DNA from: Jimgerdemannia flammicorona
Taxonomy: Eukaryota
NCBI GenBank assembly: GCA_003990765.1
Contig: RBNJ01000259.1
Location: forward strand, 1 to 35,205
Reading direction: 5' to 3'
DNA: 35,205 bases
Shown here: positions 10,871-24,128 of the stretch, piece by piece
Position numbering within the stretch: position 1 is the stretch's first letter
Layout of the letters: every line of letters begins with the position of its first letter
The notes under the pieces: generated by a model
Seen by the model: the letters and a program-made list of their open reading frames with translations, nothing else
What the model was told of the DNA's origin: nothing
Databases searched by the model: none
Made by a program: the position numbers and the translations under genes

Positions 10871-13800
10871 CCTTCTACTAATCTATCTCTCAGATTCTCC
10901 CATCAACCCCAATCTCTATCCCCTCTATATATAGTACCCAACTTATTCCCAACTACTAACCAAAAGTCTCCAAGTACCTCACACTTCTCTAGCCAATGTT
11001 TTGATATCTGTACAAACCCCCCTTCCTGTCCTATATTAAGCACTTCTCACAATCAAAGTCCCCTCTCTCTACAAGGTGGCCTGAGCAAAAGTTAAGTATA
11101 ATATTCCTCTACAGTATGTACTACTAAACCACTCAGTACTTGGGTGGCAACTATTGTCTTATCACTACACTCTAGGCCCAGATTCTATTCCAGTCCCACT
11201 CCTCTCCAATTCTGGCCATCTGCCAGCTACTAGGCTATATATTCTATCCTATCTCCCTCTGGTACTCTATCTCATTACCAATATCAAAGTCTATGAGAGG
11301 GGTACCCCTCAGCAATACTCAATCTCATCTTTATATTACTGGACCCCAAGGTACTGCTCCTTTATCTCTCTGTCAGCGAATCTCAATATGGTGAGCCCCA
11401 TCTACTACTCTCTATTAGAAGCTCTTATATCTCATTCACTCCCTATTAGGAAGCCCAACTAAGGACAGCAAATCTCCAGTCACTTCTCTTAGTGAGCACT
11501 GTATCTCCCAGACAATCTTTATCAAGGAAACTCAACTACCCCCCCTCAGTTCTACTGCTCTCTTCAGCCACTATGCTTACAGATAATGTAGCCTCTTTGG
11601 GAATAAGGCCCCCTCTAGCCACTAGTAATGATAAGATTTCCCAGCTAATCTGACTCCTCTACTTAGCCCAGATCTAATTTTTTATCAGCTTCAATAGCCT
11701 CTTTACCACCCAGACTGAAAAGTTCAGATGATATATCAGATACTACAACTTTGGTAGTTAGTAAACATTCAAAATAGTAATGTGCTCCACCAAAGATATG
11801 TGTCAGCCTCCCCAATCTCTCAGAACCTCCCCCTAGATAGCTACTCATTGCTCTCACCAAGTATGTATCAGAACTGACTCATATACAGAGAGATAAATAC
11901 CCAAGTATCTCACTGCCTCTCTAGCAGGGATAATTGTTCCAATGACATTCCCTCCCACCAGACCATTATCTAATACTATTATTTCACACTTATACTAGTT
12001 ACGTTTAGCCCCAGAGTATGTCTCATACTACTCCACTATTTCCTGGAGTTCCTTGATATCAGCAATCAACCCCAGACCAACTACCATATTATCTGCAAAG
12101 GCTCCAACCTTCCAAACAATGCCAAAGATAGAGAGCCCCCCTATCTTCCACCAAATCTTATCCATCAATAGCTCTAAGGATAGAGTATATAAAATCAGAG
12201 ACAGGGGGAGTCTTCCTGGAATATGCTCCTCTCTAGGGAGAATACCACCCCTCTATGTCTATTGTATATAAGCACTACTTAACTCCTTTTCAGTAGGCTG
12301 ATCATTATCACTTGAAACTGCTGAGAGATATCAATCCTGTCCAGAACCTCCATCAGCCAGACTCACTGCACACAGTCATAGACTTTTTCTTGATCCAAGA
12401 AGACCAGCCTCCCATCTAGCCCACAGGCTCAAGCCCCTTCAATAATGCCATGCACCCAGGCTATACTATCTCTTATGAGCTGACTCCCTACAAACCCTTG
12501 CTACTCCTCACCCAAAACTTGCTGGGCCACCTTCTGCAGCCTTGTCACCACTACCTTTATGAGCAACTTCCTATCCATGTCCAGAAGCATGATGGGCCAC
12601 CAATTCTTCCAGTTCTCTCTTCTACTCTTATCCTTGTAAAGTAGTACCACTAGCCCCAGATCTTACTCCCCCACTCACCTCCCTGACTGTAGTACTAAAT
12701 CACATATCACTATCATCTCTCTCAGTACCCCAGATACTTCCAGCATCTTCTTCCAAAAGTCTCAGGGCAGCCCATTCTCACCAGATGCTGTACCTAGTAT
12801 AGTTATGGCAAGAATCTGACAAATCTCCTCCTTCTGAACTGGCATTACCAAACCATCCAGCCCATCCACTTATAGTGAGTGTCAATTCTCCAAAGTATGC
12901 ACAATAGTAGCAGCCATTGTCCCATCCTCTTCCTCACTCCACAAACCACTCCACCTCTTCTTGAGCAAGCTCAGAATGTCCTGTGTACTATGTACCAGTA
13001 GTCCATCTGAATTCAGCACCTCCTCCCACCTCTGCCTCACCCTCCTTGCCTGCAGGATCCTCAAAAGGTGTTTAGATGGCCTCTCTCCCTCCTCAAGTCC
13101 CTGCCAGTATAATCAGGTAGCCAAACTCTGTATCTGTATCTCCTCCTCTTCTCTCAACACCTGTTGTAGCTCATTAACCACTATCCTAGCCTAGCTCAAC
13201 TGCCAGTCCTCTACCCCCTCCAGAGCCAAAAAATCAGCCCAATTCTTCAAAAGTCAAGCCAGTCTAGCAGAAGCCCAGTTCACTCTCCTTCTCCTCTATC
13301 TGTCTATTATATCTCTTGCCTCTCTCCAATAAACCCTAGCAGCCCCCTTCAATCTTACCCACTGAATACTGATTGTGACCCCCTCTTGTACTCAACTCTC
13401 TACTCTCTGCTGAATGTCCTCTGCCCACTTGTCCCACAATGTCTTCTCAGCTAACAAAGAGGAATTTAGGCATCAATGTCCAGGCCCATCTTCACTTCTC
13501 CCAAAATGTCCCTATCCCAACAGCCCCCAATGATCAGACTACAGACACTACTCAGCCTCTAGTGACTTCCAAACATCCAGCCCTCAACAATCTACTGTTA
13601 GCACCCCAGTTGATCCTTATCTCCAGACCATTCACCTAGTGTATATATACTTGTCTGTCTCCCCAGAATCTCCTTCCAGTATCTACCAGAGAGTCCAGTC
13701 TTTCCACATTACCAGGCTCCTACTTCTACCCTCAGCACCCCTCCCTCTATCAGTCCTATCTATCTATACATCCCTGATCATATTAAAGTCCTCTTCAAGA

Positions 13801-14631
13801 ATATTCACTCCAGCCTCTGTGAGGACCCCACTTTCTCTAAGATCCTCTACTCACTCCATCTGCTCACCCTGCACAGTAGGGCAGTAGCATGAATTCATGG
13901 TAACTAGCTCTCAACTAGGTCAACACCACTCTCCCTACACTAGCTGGTCCCCCCAGCCCTCTATATTCTGTATCTCTCCTTTGCCTCTCTGAATCAAAAT
14001 TCCAACCTTGCCCTTCCACACTACCACACCTCTCCATTCCCTTGTCCACTCCATTCTATCCAAGTCATCCTCACATCTGACACCCTGTAATAAAAAGAGA
14101 TCAGTCTCCAATCCCTTCATCAAAGTAAAAATATTCTATCTCTGCACCAATCCCTACAATCTATTCATATTCATAGAGAAAATATTTGTTGTACTATTTA
14201 TAAGAGATAATATTAAGTGTTATACTCTTCCTCTACAAATCCACATCCATTCTTTTCTATACTAAGTTCAAGTTATTTTCTGCAGCCAATCTCTTCTCTT
14301 CAGCTATCTTAGCCTCCAATCCAACCAGAAGTTCAGCCATTGCACCATTCTTCTTTTTCTCAAAGTCCTCTTAATACTCCAGGCAGACCTTCTGCCAGAG
14401 CTGTAATCTATAATGCTCTGCCCAACAGAAGGCAGCCCTCTCACCAGCAACAACTGCCAGCTCAGCCTCCCTCTCCTTATTAATCTCATATCCTTCTTTC
14501 TCTAGGTAAATTGCAAATATCTCCACCTTTAGCACCTCCACCACTCTATCACTATATAGAATCTTTATCCAATACTCATCACTCATTACTCTCAGATCTA
14601 CTTTGCCCAACTCTTTAGCCATGAAGTTGTT
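10871..14631 (-). mobile_element. LINE copy B, main part: degenerate ORF2 (start at about 14201) and ORF1 C-terminus (14233-14631)
   Basis: Contains VGAFADNMVVGLG, LVFLDQEKVYD, INSTTNIFSMN and NNFMAKELGKVDLRVMSDE, collinear with copy E. Confidence 0.88.
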
Positions 14632-14708
14632 TTTTTTTTTTATAGTCACTTGGACTTCTCTTTATTATCTCAATCTATAATAATAATACAATATCAATCC
14701 ACACCCCC

Positions 14709-17700
14709 TCAGTCGATACCCCTCAGATCCCCTTCTCTACTTTCCCACTCTCTCTATCAGATGATAACTCAGTCACCCACCATCCAAACCCTTTCTCCAC
14801 TTTTCTGGCAAATACTATTCACCAAACTCTGGCAGCTCTCCCCATCTGATCCCCACTCTCTCCACCAGCCATTCAAAATATCCAGTAATAATCATTTCCA
14901 ACATACCACTCTAACCCCAACCCCAACCTGTTGGCTCTCCTTGAATACATGTAGCCAATATCTGGCCAACCTAATCCAAATAGCCAAAGCCCAACCCAGG
15001 GTCAGCTATTCATCTCCTACCCCTCCTACCAGCCTTTGGCATAGCTCTCCCCATCTCCCCCCTTCCCCTCCCACCAAGGCTTACAGTCCTAACTGGTCTG
15101 CAATGTGGTGCCAAAACTCCCCTAAAACATCACACTTGCTAAGCCAATGTTCAGGTATTTGTACCACTCCCCCTTCCTGCCCATTTCCAGACATTCCTTA
15201 CACTCAAATGTATCTTCTGTCACCAAGTGTCCAGACTGATAATTCAACATCACATTCTACCTTAAAAACTGCCACTACACTACTCAGAACTTGGGGGGAA
15301 GCTACCACATCACCTGCTTGCTCTAAGGCCAAAGACCATTCTAGTCTCACTCCTCACCAATCCCCACCCTCTGCTACACTTCCAGCCACAGATCCCCCCC
15401 TAAGCCCCACAAATACTCCAATCCATCACTAAGCTGGAAATCCTCCACCAAAGTACCTCCCAGCAGTAGCCTATCTCATCTTCACATCTATGGGCCCCAA
15501 TATTCCTCTCCCTCATCACTCTGCCACCGAAGTTCAATTCACTTAGCACCATCTACCACTCCCTACCAAAAGCCCTTATACCACATCCTCTTGCTCTCAT
15601 CCAGGGCCACCATTGCAAGCAGATTGCCAGATGCTCCTTGGGGGAGAATACTGAGCCTCCCACACCCACTGCATGAGTGGTACCCACTCCTGGTCCCTTA
15701 ACTTACTCACCCTCTTCAGCCACCATGTTCTCAAGCAATGAAGGCATTTGGTAAAGTCCACCAAGCCTAGTCTGCCTCTGTCCACAAGTAGGGTCAGAAC
15801 CTCCCATCCTATCTGACTTTGCTGCCCAGTACAGATCCACAATCTTGTCATCTTCAGAAGTTGCCTGATCACCCATGTTGAGAAGTCCAGATGATACCCC
15901 ACATACCATAGCTTTGGCAGCCAATATATATTCAGCACCATCACTCTTCCTGCCAAGGATATATACTGACCATCCTACCATAGAAGCACATCACCTCATA
16001 TTAGAAGTTACTGTTCCCACTAAGCCTGGGGCAGGAGAGACCCATATACTAAGAAGTATATCTCCAGGTAACAAACAGGATTCCCTGCTGATACCACCAT
16101 TCCAATCATATCACTACCAACTATTCCACTACCTAGCACCAGAGTCTCATATTTATGCCAATTGAGTCTAGCACTGGAACCCCTCTCATACCATTCTATA
16201 GTCCACCTTAATTCCTCCACATCTGCCAATGAACTCAGGCTAACTACTATATCATCAGCAAAGGCCCCCACTTTCCAATTAATCTCCAGAATGTCCAAAC
16301 CCCTAATTTGATGCCTAATCCTATCCAATAGGAGCTCTAAGGAAAGGACATATAAGATGGGTAACAAAGGATCACCTTGTGGCATCCCCTGACCAAGTGG
16401 AAAGGACACACCCCTATGTCTATTGACTACCAATGCTGCCTAACTGTTTTCCAAAAGACCAATCAATGACCTCCTAAACCCTGGAGGAATACCCACCCAT
16501 TTCAGCACCCCCTCTAACCAGGTCCTCCTCACTCTGTCATATGCCTTCTCCTGATCCAGAAATACTAATCTGCCATCAACCCTGGTAGCCTGGGTCCCTT
16601 CAATCACTCCATAGACCCAGGTCATCCCATCTCAGATCAACCAACCACCAACAAACCTCTTTGCTCGACTCTCAGTACTTGCTGAGCAATTACCTACAGT
16701 CTAGTCACCAAGACCTTTGTCACTAGCTTGCAGTCTATGTTGAGGAGCATGATTGGTTACCAGTTCTTCCAATCTTCTCTTCTTCCCTTATCCTTAAAGA
16801 GCAAGGAGACCAGCCCAAGGTGCTGGCCTCCAATTCAAGATCCAGACTGAAGAATCTCATTGTACATCACTGTTAACTCCTCCAATACTACCTCTACCCT
16901 GGCCATCTTTTTTCAAAAATCTCAGAGAAGCCTATCCTCTCTTGAAGCTGTCCTCTTGTTTGTCGAAGCCAGAACCTTACAAATTTCCTCCCCCCTCACT
17001 GGGTCCCCCAGAGTCCCCAGGCCCATTACTGGGTCTGAATGCCAGTCTTCCAACTGCCTTTCAATATTTGAGGCATCTGCACTCCCATCTTCCTCACTCT
17101 ATAGATCCTCCCAGTAGGATCTAAGCAATCCCAGAATTACCAAAGTCCCCACCACCATCTCTCTATCCTTATCCAAGAGATCATCCCACTACTGTTTAGT
17201 TCTCTGTACTCATAGTATATATGATAAAAACCTTGTGGGTCATTCTCCCTCCTCCAACCCTTACCACCTCAGCCTCACCACCATCCCCCTCAGCTTAACC
17301 TCTTTCTCCAATAATATCACTTCCTTAAGCTCTTTAACTTCCTTTCGAATCCACACAATATGCCAGTCAGCTATCTCCCAATCCTCTAATACCTCTGCCT
17401 ATCTCCCCAGGAGTGCTGCCATTCTCTGTGAAGCCCAAAGTACTCTCTGCTACTGCTGAATGCTCCTTCCTTTCCCTGCCTCTCCTGAGCACTTAATTTC
17501 AACCTCTGCTAGTGATCTCCAATTATCTGGCCCTGCTTCCACCACCTAACAATTTTCCCAATAATCTCCACCTCCCAGTCTGCCCATAAAGCACTGTCCT
17601 CCAATAAAGAGGAATTCAGTCACCAATGTCCAGGCCCATCCCCATTTCCCCCAAACCTTTCCCCCCCTAGCAGCCCCCAGTGGTCTGACCATGAGCACTA

Positions 17701-18362
17701 AATCACCTCCAGCATAGTCCAGACATCTGCTCCCCAGCACTCTGCCATCAATATCCAGTCAATCCTGGAACCCAGCCCTGCCACCCAGTAAGTATAAATT
17801 TGATGCTCTCTCTAGAACTATCACTCTGAATCAACCAAAGAACCCAACCTCTCCATCTCTATCCAATCATCCAATCTGCTACTTTTGCTCCTCATTCCTC
17901 TCTCCTGCTATCAGTCCTGTCCATCACATTATCTCTGACCATATTGAAATCCCCCCCCAGGCAGTCAATCCCTGCCTCACCCATAACACTGACCTCTCTC
18001 AAATTTCTGATCCAATCTATCCTTTCCCCCCTCTCTGCTGGACAATAATATGATCCAACTGTCAAAGGACTACATCCAGGCCTCTTCTACACTCTCTATA
18101 CCAACTGACTCCCCCAATGTCCAATGTCACCAATGTCCCCCATCCCCTTTTGAATTAGGATACCCACCTACCCAAACCACACTGCTGCCCCCCCCCACTC
18201 TCTAGTCCAACCCTGTAAGTCCACATCTACCTTATAGCACACATTCTGCAGTAAGAAGAGATCTGCATCCAATCTCTTGAGCTAACCAAATATAAACCTT
18301 CACTGAGCTGCCCCCCTCAACCTATTCACATTCAAAGAGAATATTCTAGTTATACTATTCAT
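14709..18362 (-). pseudogene. ORF2 of LINE C (endonuclease, RT, C-terminal finger)
   Basis: MNSITRIFSLNVNRL start; RLVFLDQEKAYDRV; GMPQGDPLLPILYVLSLE; KVGAFADD; VLNIYWLPKLWY; many stops. Confidence 0.9.
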
Positions 18363-18393
18363 ATTGAATAATGTTTGAATTTGAGAACCCAGC

Positions 18394-20313
18394 CTAGTAT
18401 TCCATGCTCATCTCATCTCCAGCCAGATCCAATCACTGCTCTGCTTTTAGATCACCTTCCACTACAGTCTGAGTATCTAATGTCTCCAAGATCTCCTGAT
18501 ATTCTATCCTATCCACAACCTCTATCTCAGCCTGATAATCTGCACAGACTGCTCTCTACTTCTCTAAGCCCTTTCTTGAATTCTATAAGTATACCGCTTG
18601 ATTATTCACAATCTCTCAAAGTTTCTCCTCCTGCTGATCAGCTACTTGATACTCAACCAATTCCAAGAGTACTGCTAGAATCTCATTCCTAACCTTCCTC
18701 AGTATCTCCTCACCATGAAGAATCTCCTCCCAATGCCTATCTTCCATAACCCAGAAGTTCTCTCCCCCTAACTACTCTGCTGCCATCCCCTCTAGCATCT
18801 TCCACAGCCACTTCTCCTCATCCACTGCCTTAGCAATACTCTGGGTGACCCTCTCAACCTCCATTACTGGATCCACCAGAGCACTCCTCCTCACTGATTC
18901 ATCCCACTCCTCTTCAGACACATCCAGCAATTCCTCCTCACCCCCAGCCCCACCTGGCATGCTATACTGAGGTTGTCCTCTCTTGCTCATTTCCACATCT
19001 GCCTCCATGCCCCCCTGTCCCTCCTTACTCAGTCCCCCCTAAGACCCACCTTGGGCCATCCTGTACTCTCCAGCCCAGGCACTCTCCTACAGTCCTGCAT
19101 CACCTTTTCCTATACCACTATCAGCCCCACCATCTCCCAACTTCTTTAGCAGCTCCTTCTGGATTTGCCTTCCCTACATCTTCTCCCAGATAGTCCAGTC
19201 CATCCTGATCCTCTTGCCATCCACCACTTCCATCACCATCTTGGCATCATACTCCTTCTAAGCCAATCTCCTTCTCTCAACTGCTCCTGCCAGATTCTCA
19301 AGAGCCTCCAGCAAATCCTCCTCCTCTTCTTGCATCCCTTTCACCCACAAGACCTTGCACTCCACCTGACCCCACTTGAGAGTTGCTAGCCAGTCTCTTG
19401 TCTTCCCTATATTCTCCTTTCCAGCCAGCCTCATCTGAATGTTGATGTCTCCAGTCTAGAACTTGGTACCCTCCCAGACTCTGAACCCAATGTCCACTAT
19501 GTCCCCATACTCCTTGACCACTTCCACAATTAACTCTCTGGCCCTCTCCCTCAACACTATAGGAAGATTCAGCACTGTCAACTGCACCACTCAGGGGTCT
19601 CAGCACATGCACCTGGTCATAAGAACTACTACTTCACCCACTATTATCCCCTTCTCCATAGCTGCTAACAATGACTCCTCTTTCTCAAACCCGACCTCAA
19701 TCCCTTCCTTCTCCTTCAAGAACTTCACCAATACTGCCCTTTTCATCTCCTGCACCACCAGCCCCAAGATCATCCTTATGGTCACTGCCAAGCCCTAGAA
19801 ATATAGTGTGATAGTGAATTCTGACCTTGATTTCTTGAGTAATGGCACCACTACCAAATCCATTACACCATCTGCCAGGTCTCCAGGCCTCATGCCCCCC
19901 CTCTGTTCTAAACTGCCAACCACTGTCACATCTGGATTTTTTTCCAGATCTCCAGTTACAGCTCTATCAGTAGTCACATCTCCAGCCCCTACTCCCCCCC
20001 CTCTCCTATTGTCCAACCCTCCCAAGGGGGCCCCTTTCTGTCCCCCAACAGTAGCCATTGAAGACTTCTCTAGGTTCAGCCAACTATCTAGCCCAGATGC
20101 CATTCTCCCCATCTTGACCTTATCCACAAAGGTCATCCTCTCCTCTCCTCATTGCCTCAATCCTCCTCTTCTCCTGCCACCAGCACCACAGCCCACTATA
20201 GAAGACCCCAGCATTTCCAAACCATCACTGCTCTTCCTCTCTACATGCTGCCAGTCAAAGGCACTACTGTTCCCCTGGCCAACATGCTCACTAGTATGAT
20301 CATTGCTATCTAT
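18394..20313 (-). pseudogene. ORF1 of LINE C
   Basis: Fragments 19795-20136, 19600-19791 and 18772-19008 are homologous to ORF1 of copy E (DLEKNPDVT, GDLADGV, VKFLKEKEGIEVGFE). Confidence 0.85.
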
Positions 20314-20411
20314 ATTATTAGTTGCCTTCTATCAAAAATATTGCAGAAAGTGTTATTGAAGTCTTGTATCACCTGAATGTTACTGGTGAAAGATGTAGCC
20401 ATGAAGTTGTT

Positions 20412-21397
20412 CATCTTCTGGCACACCCATAGCAGATTTCCCACTTCCTTCCCCCCTGGGGTCACTGGTCTTCCTGTACCCAGCATTGAGGTATCTGCTC
20501 CTATACTCACCCCTTCTCTGGAACATCCACCAGTTCATCCTCACTAACTGCTACCACCTGTCCCCCTTTCACTATCTCAGGTACTCCAAAGTATACTCAC
20601 TAGGCACCATGTATTGGTACATCCTCCACTATCTGACCCCTTATAACTAGACCCCACCTAATAAGAGAGAGAGTATCCTCTCAGACTTTGAATATATTAT
20701 TGACATATAAGTCATTACTCAGTATCTTCCCTGCCTCATTCAGACCCTTATCCACATCCCCTCTATTCTTACTGGTCCAAATACTTGCTTAGGTACCCCC
20801 AGACCCCTCAACTCTACCAGCATCCTTCACTGTCCTTTCTTCCAGACCTGCCAACAACTCTCTCTGCCTCTTGTACCCTTGAGACCTCTCTCACAGTCTC
20901 TTCTCAATATGGACTCATTTCCCATCCATAATATCTAAATGCATTGACTCTATATATATCTTCTAAGCCTTTACCCTCTACTCTACAGCTCTACTCATCT
21001 TCTCCAACACCTCTAACAAATCCTCCTCCCCCTTCTCATTCCCCTTTACCCTCATCACCTTGTACATGAAGGCCCCCTACATCATTACTATTGACCAATC
21101 ATGAGTCTTCCTAGTAGTCTCTCTCTCTGCTAGCTAAAGCTAAACATTAACATCTCCTGTCCTAAATGAGATTCCTTTTTAGACTTAAAAGCCAACATCA
21201 ATCACCTTGCCATACTCAGTCCATTCTTCTCCTCATCTCCATAGCAGTCACTATGGGCACTTCTTTCACCAGAAGTTGCACTACTCTGGGGTCCTATCTC
21301 AAGTATCATGTCATTGGAACATATACCTCCCCAATAGCAAACTCTGCCCTCAGGACTACTTCCAATGGCTCAGCCTCCTTAAAGCCCACCTCTACCC
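20412..21397 (-). mobile_element. LINE copy B, 5' part of ORF1; 5'-truncated where it abuts the Gypsy remnant
   Basis: GRPVTPGGKEVGNLLWVCQKMNNFMA joins NNFMAKELG at 14631 across copy C; homology stops at GVEVGFKEAEPLE (about 21397). Confidence 0.85.
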
Positions 21398-21623
21398 AGT
21401 ACTTTTATTAGTTTGTCTATCTTAATCTATTTATAGCAAAGTGTCTATTTGTTATATCAATAGTTAGCAATACTGAAGATAATAAAAGTAGAAAGTTTTA
21501 GAACTTCTAACTCTCTTTATTCTATCTTTATTATCTATTCTATCTCTTCTTTCTATTAGACTCTCTTTTCTTTAAATACCAACTAATTATGACTTTCTAG
21601 CATTATTTCTATTATCCTCCTCT
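21398..21623 (-). repeat. Possible polypurine tract (21615-21623) and truncated 3' LTR
   Basis: Minus strand AGAGGAGGA then TAATAG (TG>TA decay assumed), TATTTAAA and AATAAA motifs. No second LTR is in the window to confirm. Confidence 0.35.
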
Positions 21624-22191
21624 AGATATAGCTCTCTTATATCTATAATAAATTATATCTATAATATACTATAAATAGTGATTATATAACCTAGTAATAA
21701 TATTAAAAATAAGCAATATATAGATAAGATAAATAAAATAAGATACTATAATATAGCAGATGCTTAATCTTTAAAGTATGTCAGATTTCTGTATCTTGAA
21801 ACTTGACTTATTCTGACTCTCATAGAGTCCTCAGAGTTGTGAGGTTGGGTGAGTTTGAAGTATATCTGCCTGTAGGCTTACTAGTTCCTTTGCTTTCTCT
21901 TTGCTTTGAACTATTTTGATCTGAGGTTTATTCACTCTAAGATGCTGGGTTATTTATACAAGTTTTGCTATCTTATAAGATAGCTAAGTTATGAGTCATT
22001 TTGCAAGTATTGAATCTTTTAACATCTGCTAGGATTGTGCTGATTGCAAACATTCTAACATCTTCTAAATCTTTGCAAATATTAAAGTTTCTGTACTTTG
22101 CAGAATATAACTGCTATTTATAAGGCTAAGCTATTTTGGGAATCAGATTCAGATACTATGATCAAATGTCTAATTCCTCTAATTCATATTA

Positions 22192-22716
22192 CTAATTTGG
22201 ATCAGCCATCACATCTTTCTTCTGAATAGGTGATTCATCTCTGGAGCATCCTATTCACTTGAATTCCCAGGCTTCTACAATTTGTATTTCCTTGTACTGT
22301 GTGATTTGTATCATCATGTTCTTCCAATGTTGTCTCTTGACATATCTGAAGTCTCCTGAGATTACTTCCTGGAAATGGGCTAAGGCTGACTTGTCATCCT
22401 TGAATAACTTGTACACTCTTTTTGTGATTGTAATTTGAGTGTAGAAGAGCTGACATTCCTTGATCCAGTCTTCTTTTCCTATCTTCAGTTTTGAATTCAG
22501 TAGCTATCCCAACTTGAAGTATTCCTGGAACTCAGTTCGGTTCTGATAGACCTTGAAATATGAGATTCATGATAAGTGTGTTTGCACTATACTCTGGATA
22601 CTGTCAAAGGATTCCTCTATCATTGGTGGCTTGGTGGAACATCACTGTCTTTCTATAGCTTGCTAGGCAGCACTAGTAATATTGAGGGTAGCAGCATTAC
22701 TTTGTTGACTGGTCAT
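22192..22716 (-). pseudogene. Extra ORF (~175 codons) immediately 3' of Gypsy pol, unknown function
   Basis: MTSQQSNAATLNITSAA*QAIERQ*CSTKPPMIEESFDSIQSIVQTHLS*ISYFKVYQNRTEFQEYFKLG*LL...KRVYKLFKDDKSALAHFQEV...; ATG overlaps the last 20 nt of pol; internal stops are all TAG/TGA. Confidence 0.55.
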
Positions 22717-24047
22717 GATACTTCTTGAGTTAGTTTCAGTGAATAGTAGTAAGGATGATTGTGCCTGAGAGTTTTTGTAGCCAAAAGGTGGTCCCTTTTA
22801 TATCTTGTACAAAGTAAGGTCCTTCTCACTTAGGCTCCAGTTTTTATGACCATGAAGCTTCTACCATGTTCCAATACATCAGGACTTTGTCTCCTATCTT
22901 GATAATCTCCAGGAGTTTATAAATCTTTTCCATATTATTCCACTATAGTGTCTGTGTCTTGTTTATATGTATAATCCTCAGCCTTCTTCCTGATTTGGTG
23001 TAGTTTCTATATCTCCAAGTCCATGTATTTCCATATAGTATCTCTATTGGATGATAGAGTTCCTTGAGAACTTTCTTCTCCAAATAGCATTTCTCAAGAG
23101 GTAAAGTGGGTACTTTGTGATCAGATATCCCAGAAGCAGATAATGCTATTGGCAGATAGTGATCCCAGTTTTTGTAGTTATTGCAGATCTTTGTATTAAC
23201 ATTCTTAAGAGTCTTGTTGGTCCTTTCTGCTTGTCCATTTCCTTGAGAATGATAGGCTGTGGTCTGAATATACTGGATCTTATACTTCTTGTAGAGAACC
23301 TTAAAGAACTGGTTCACAAATTCTGTCTCTCTGTCTGTGGTTACCTATATTGGGGTCTTGAATCAGCAGATGATTTCTTTGTAAAAGAAATTAGTGATTG
23401 ACTGTACATTGGCTTCTTTGTGGGGTCCTGCCTCTATTTATTTTGTGAAGAGGTCTACAATGACAATGATATATCAGTTTCCAGTCAGAGTCAAGAGTAG
23501 AGAGTCAATTACATTCATTACAATATGGACAAATAGTGCTGGTTCTATATATACTAATTCTGAGGCTTGATTTCATTGGTCTTGTTTCTGTTTCTGATAT
23601 TTGTCACAGGTCTTGACAAATTGTCTGATATCTTCCTCTATTCCTGGCCACCATATTGTTCTTCTTGCTTTATTGTATGTATTGATTCCTCCTAGATAGC
23701 TAAGTTTATGTACTGATTTCATTGCTTGCTCCTTCTTATATTCTGGTATGACTAGTAGTTTTCCTTTCTTCAGTGTTTCTCTATCAGTTTCGAATTGTTT
23801 CCATGTTCTGTTGATAATTATTTGTGTCCATTCTTTTAGATATTGGGGTATCTTTCACTATCCCAGGTATGTGATGATTCCATAGTAGAGCTTTTTATTT
23901 ATTATTGATTTATTGGTTGGGGGTCCTTCAGAGTATCTGTGAGAGAGTATCTATATTAGCATTGGTTCTTTCTGGGTGGTGCACAATGGTTACATCATAG
24001 GCTTGCAACTTCATGATCTATCTGGCATAGATTTCCTTAGATTGCCG
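22697..24047 (-). pseudogene. Gypsy pol fragment: RNase H C-terminus, integrase zinc-binding region, DDE core, GPY/F motif
   Basis: YAR*IMKLQAYDVTIVHHP; WWPGIEEDIRQFVKTCDKYQ; YIIVIVDLFTK; VTTDRETEFVN; TTAYHSQGNGQAERTNKTLK; KLEPK*EGPYFV; stop at 22697-22699. Confidence 0.92.
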
Positions 24048-24128
24048 ACCTTTCTCCTGTACAATTCACATTACACCAACTTCAAGCAATGGTTTTTCAA
24101 CACAACTCAGAGAAAAGGTATTATAAAA

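Larger units (their letters stand above)
14632..20395 (-). mobile_element. LINE copy C, full length (~5.76 kb), inserted in ORF1 of copy B
   Basis: Perfect 16-bp TSD TAGCCATGAAGTTGTT (14616-14631 / 20396-20411), poly(T) plus terminal motif at 14632-14656, and 5' end ATCTTTCACCAGTAACATTCAGG homologous to the 5' ends of D and E. Confidence 0.95.
21398..24047 (-). mobile_element. Ty3/Gypsy-type LTR retrotransposon remnant (3' half)
   Basis: AT-rich segment with domain order RNase H end then integrase, followed by extra coding-like sequence and a probable PPT/LTR. Cut by LINE D at 24048 and abutting LINE B at 21397. Confidence 0.85.
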
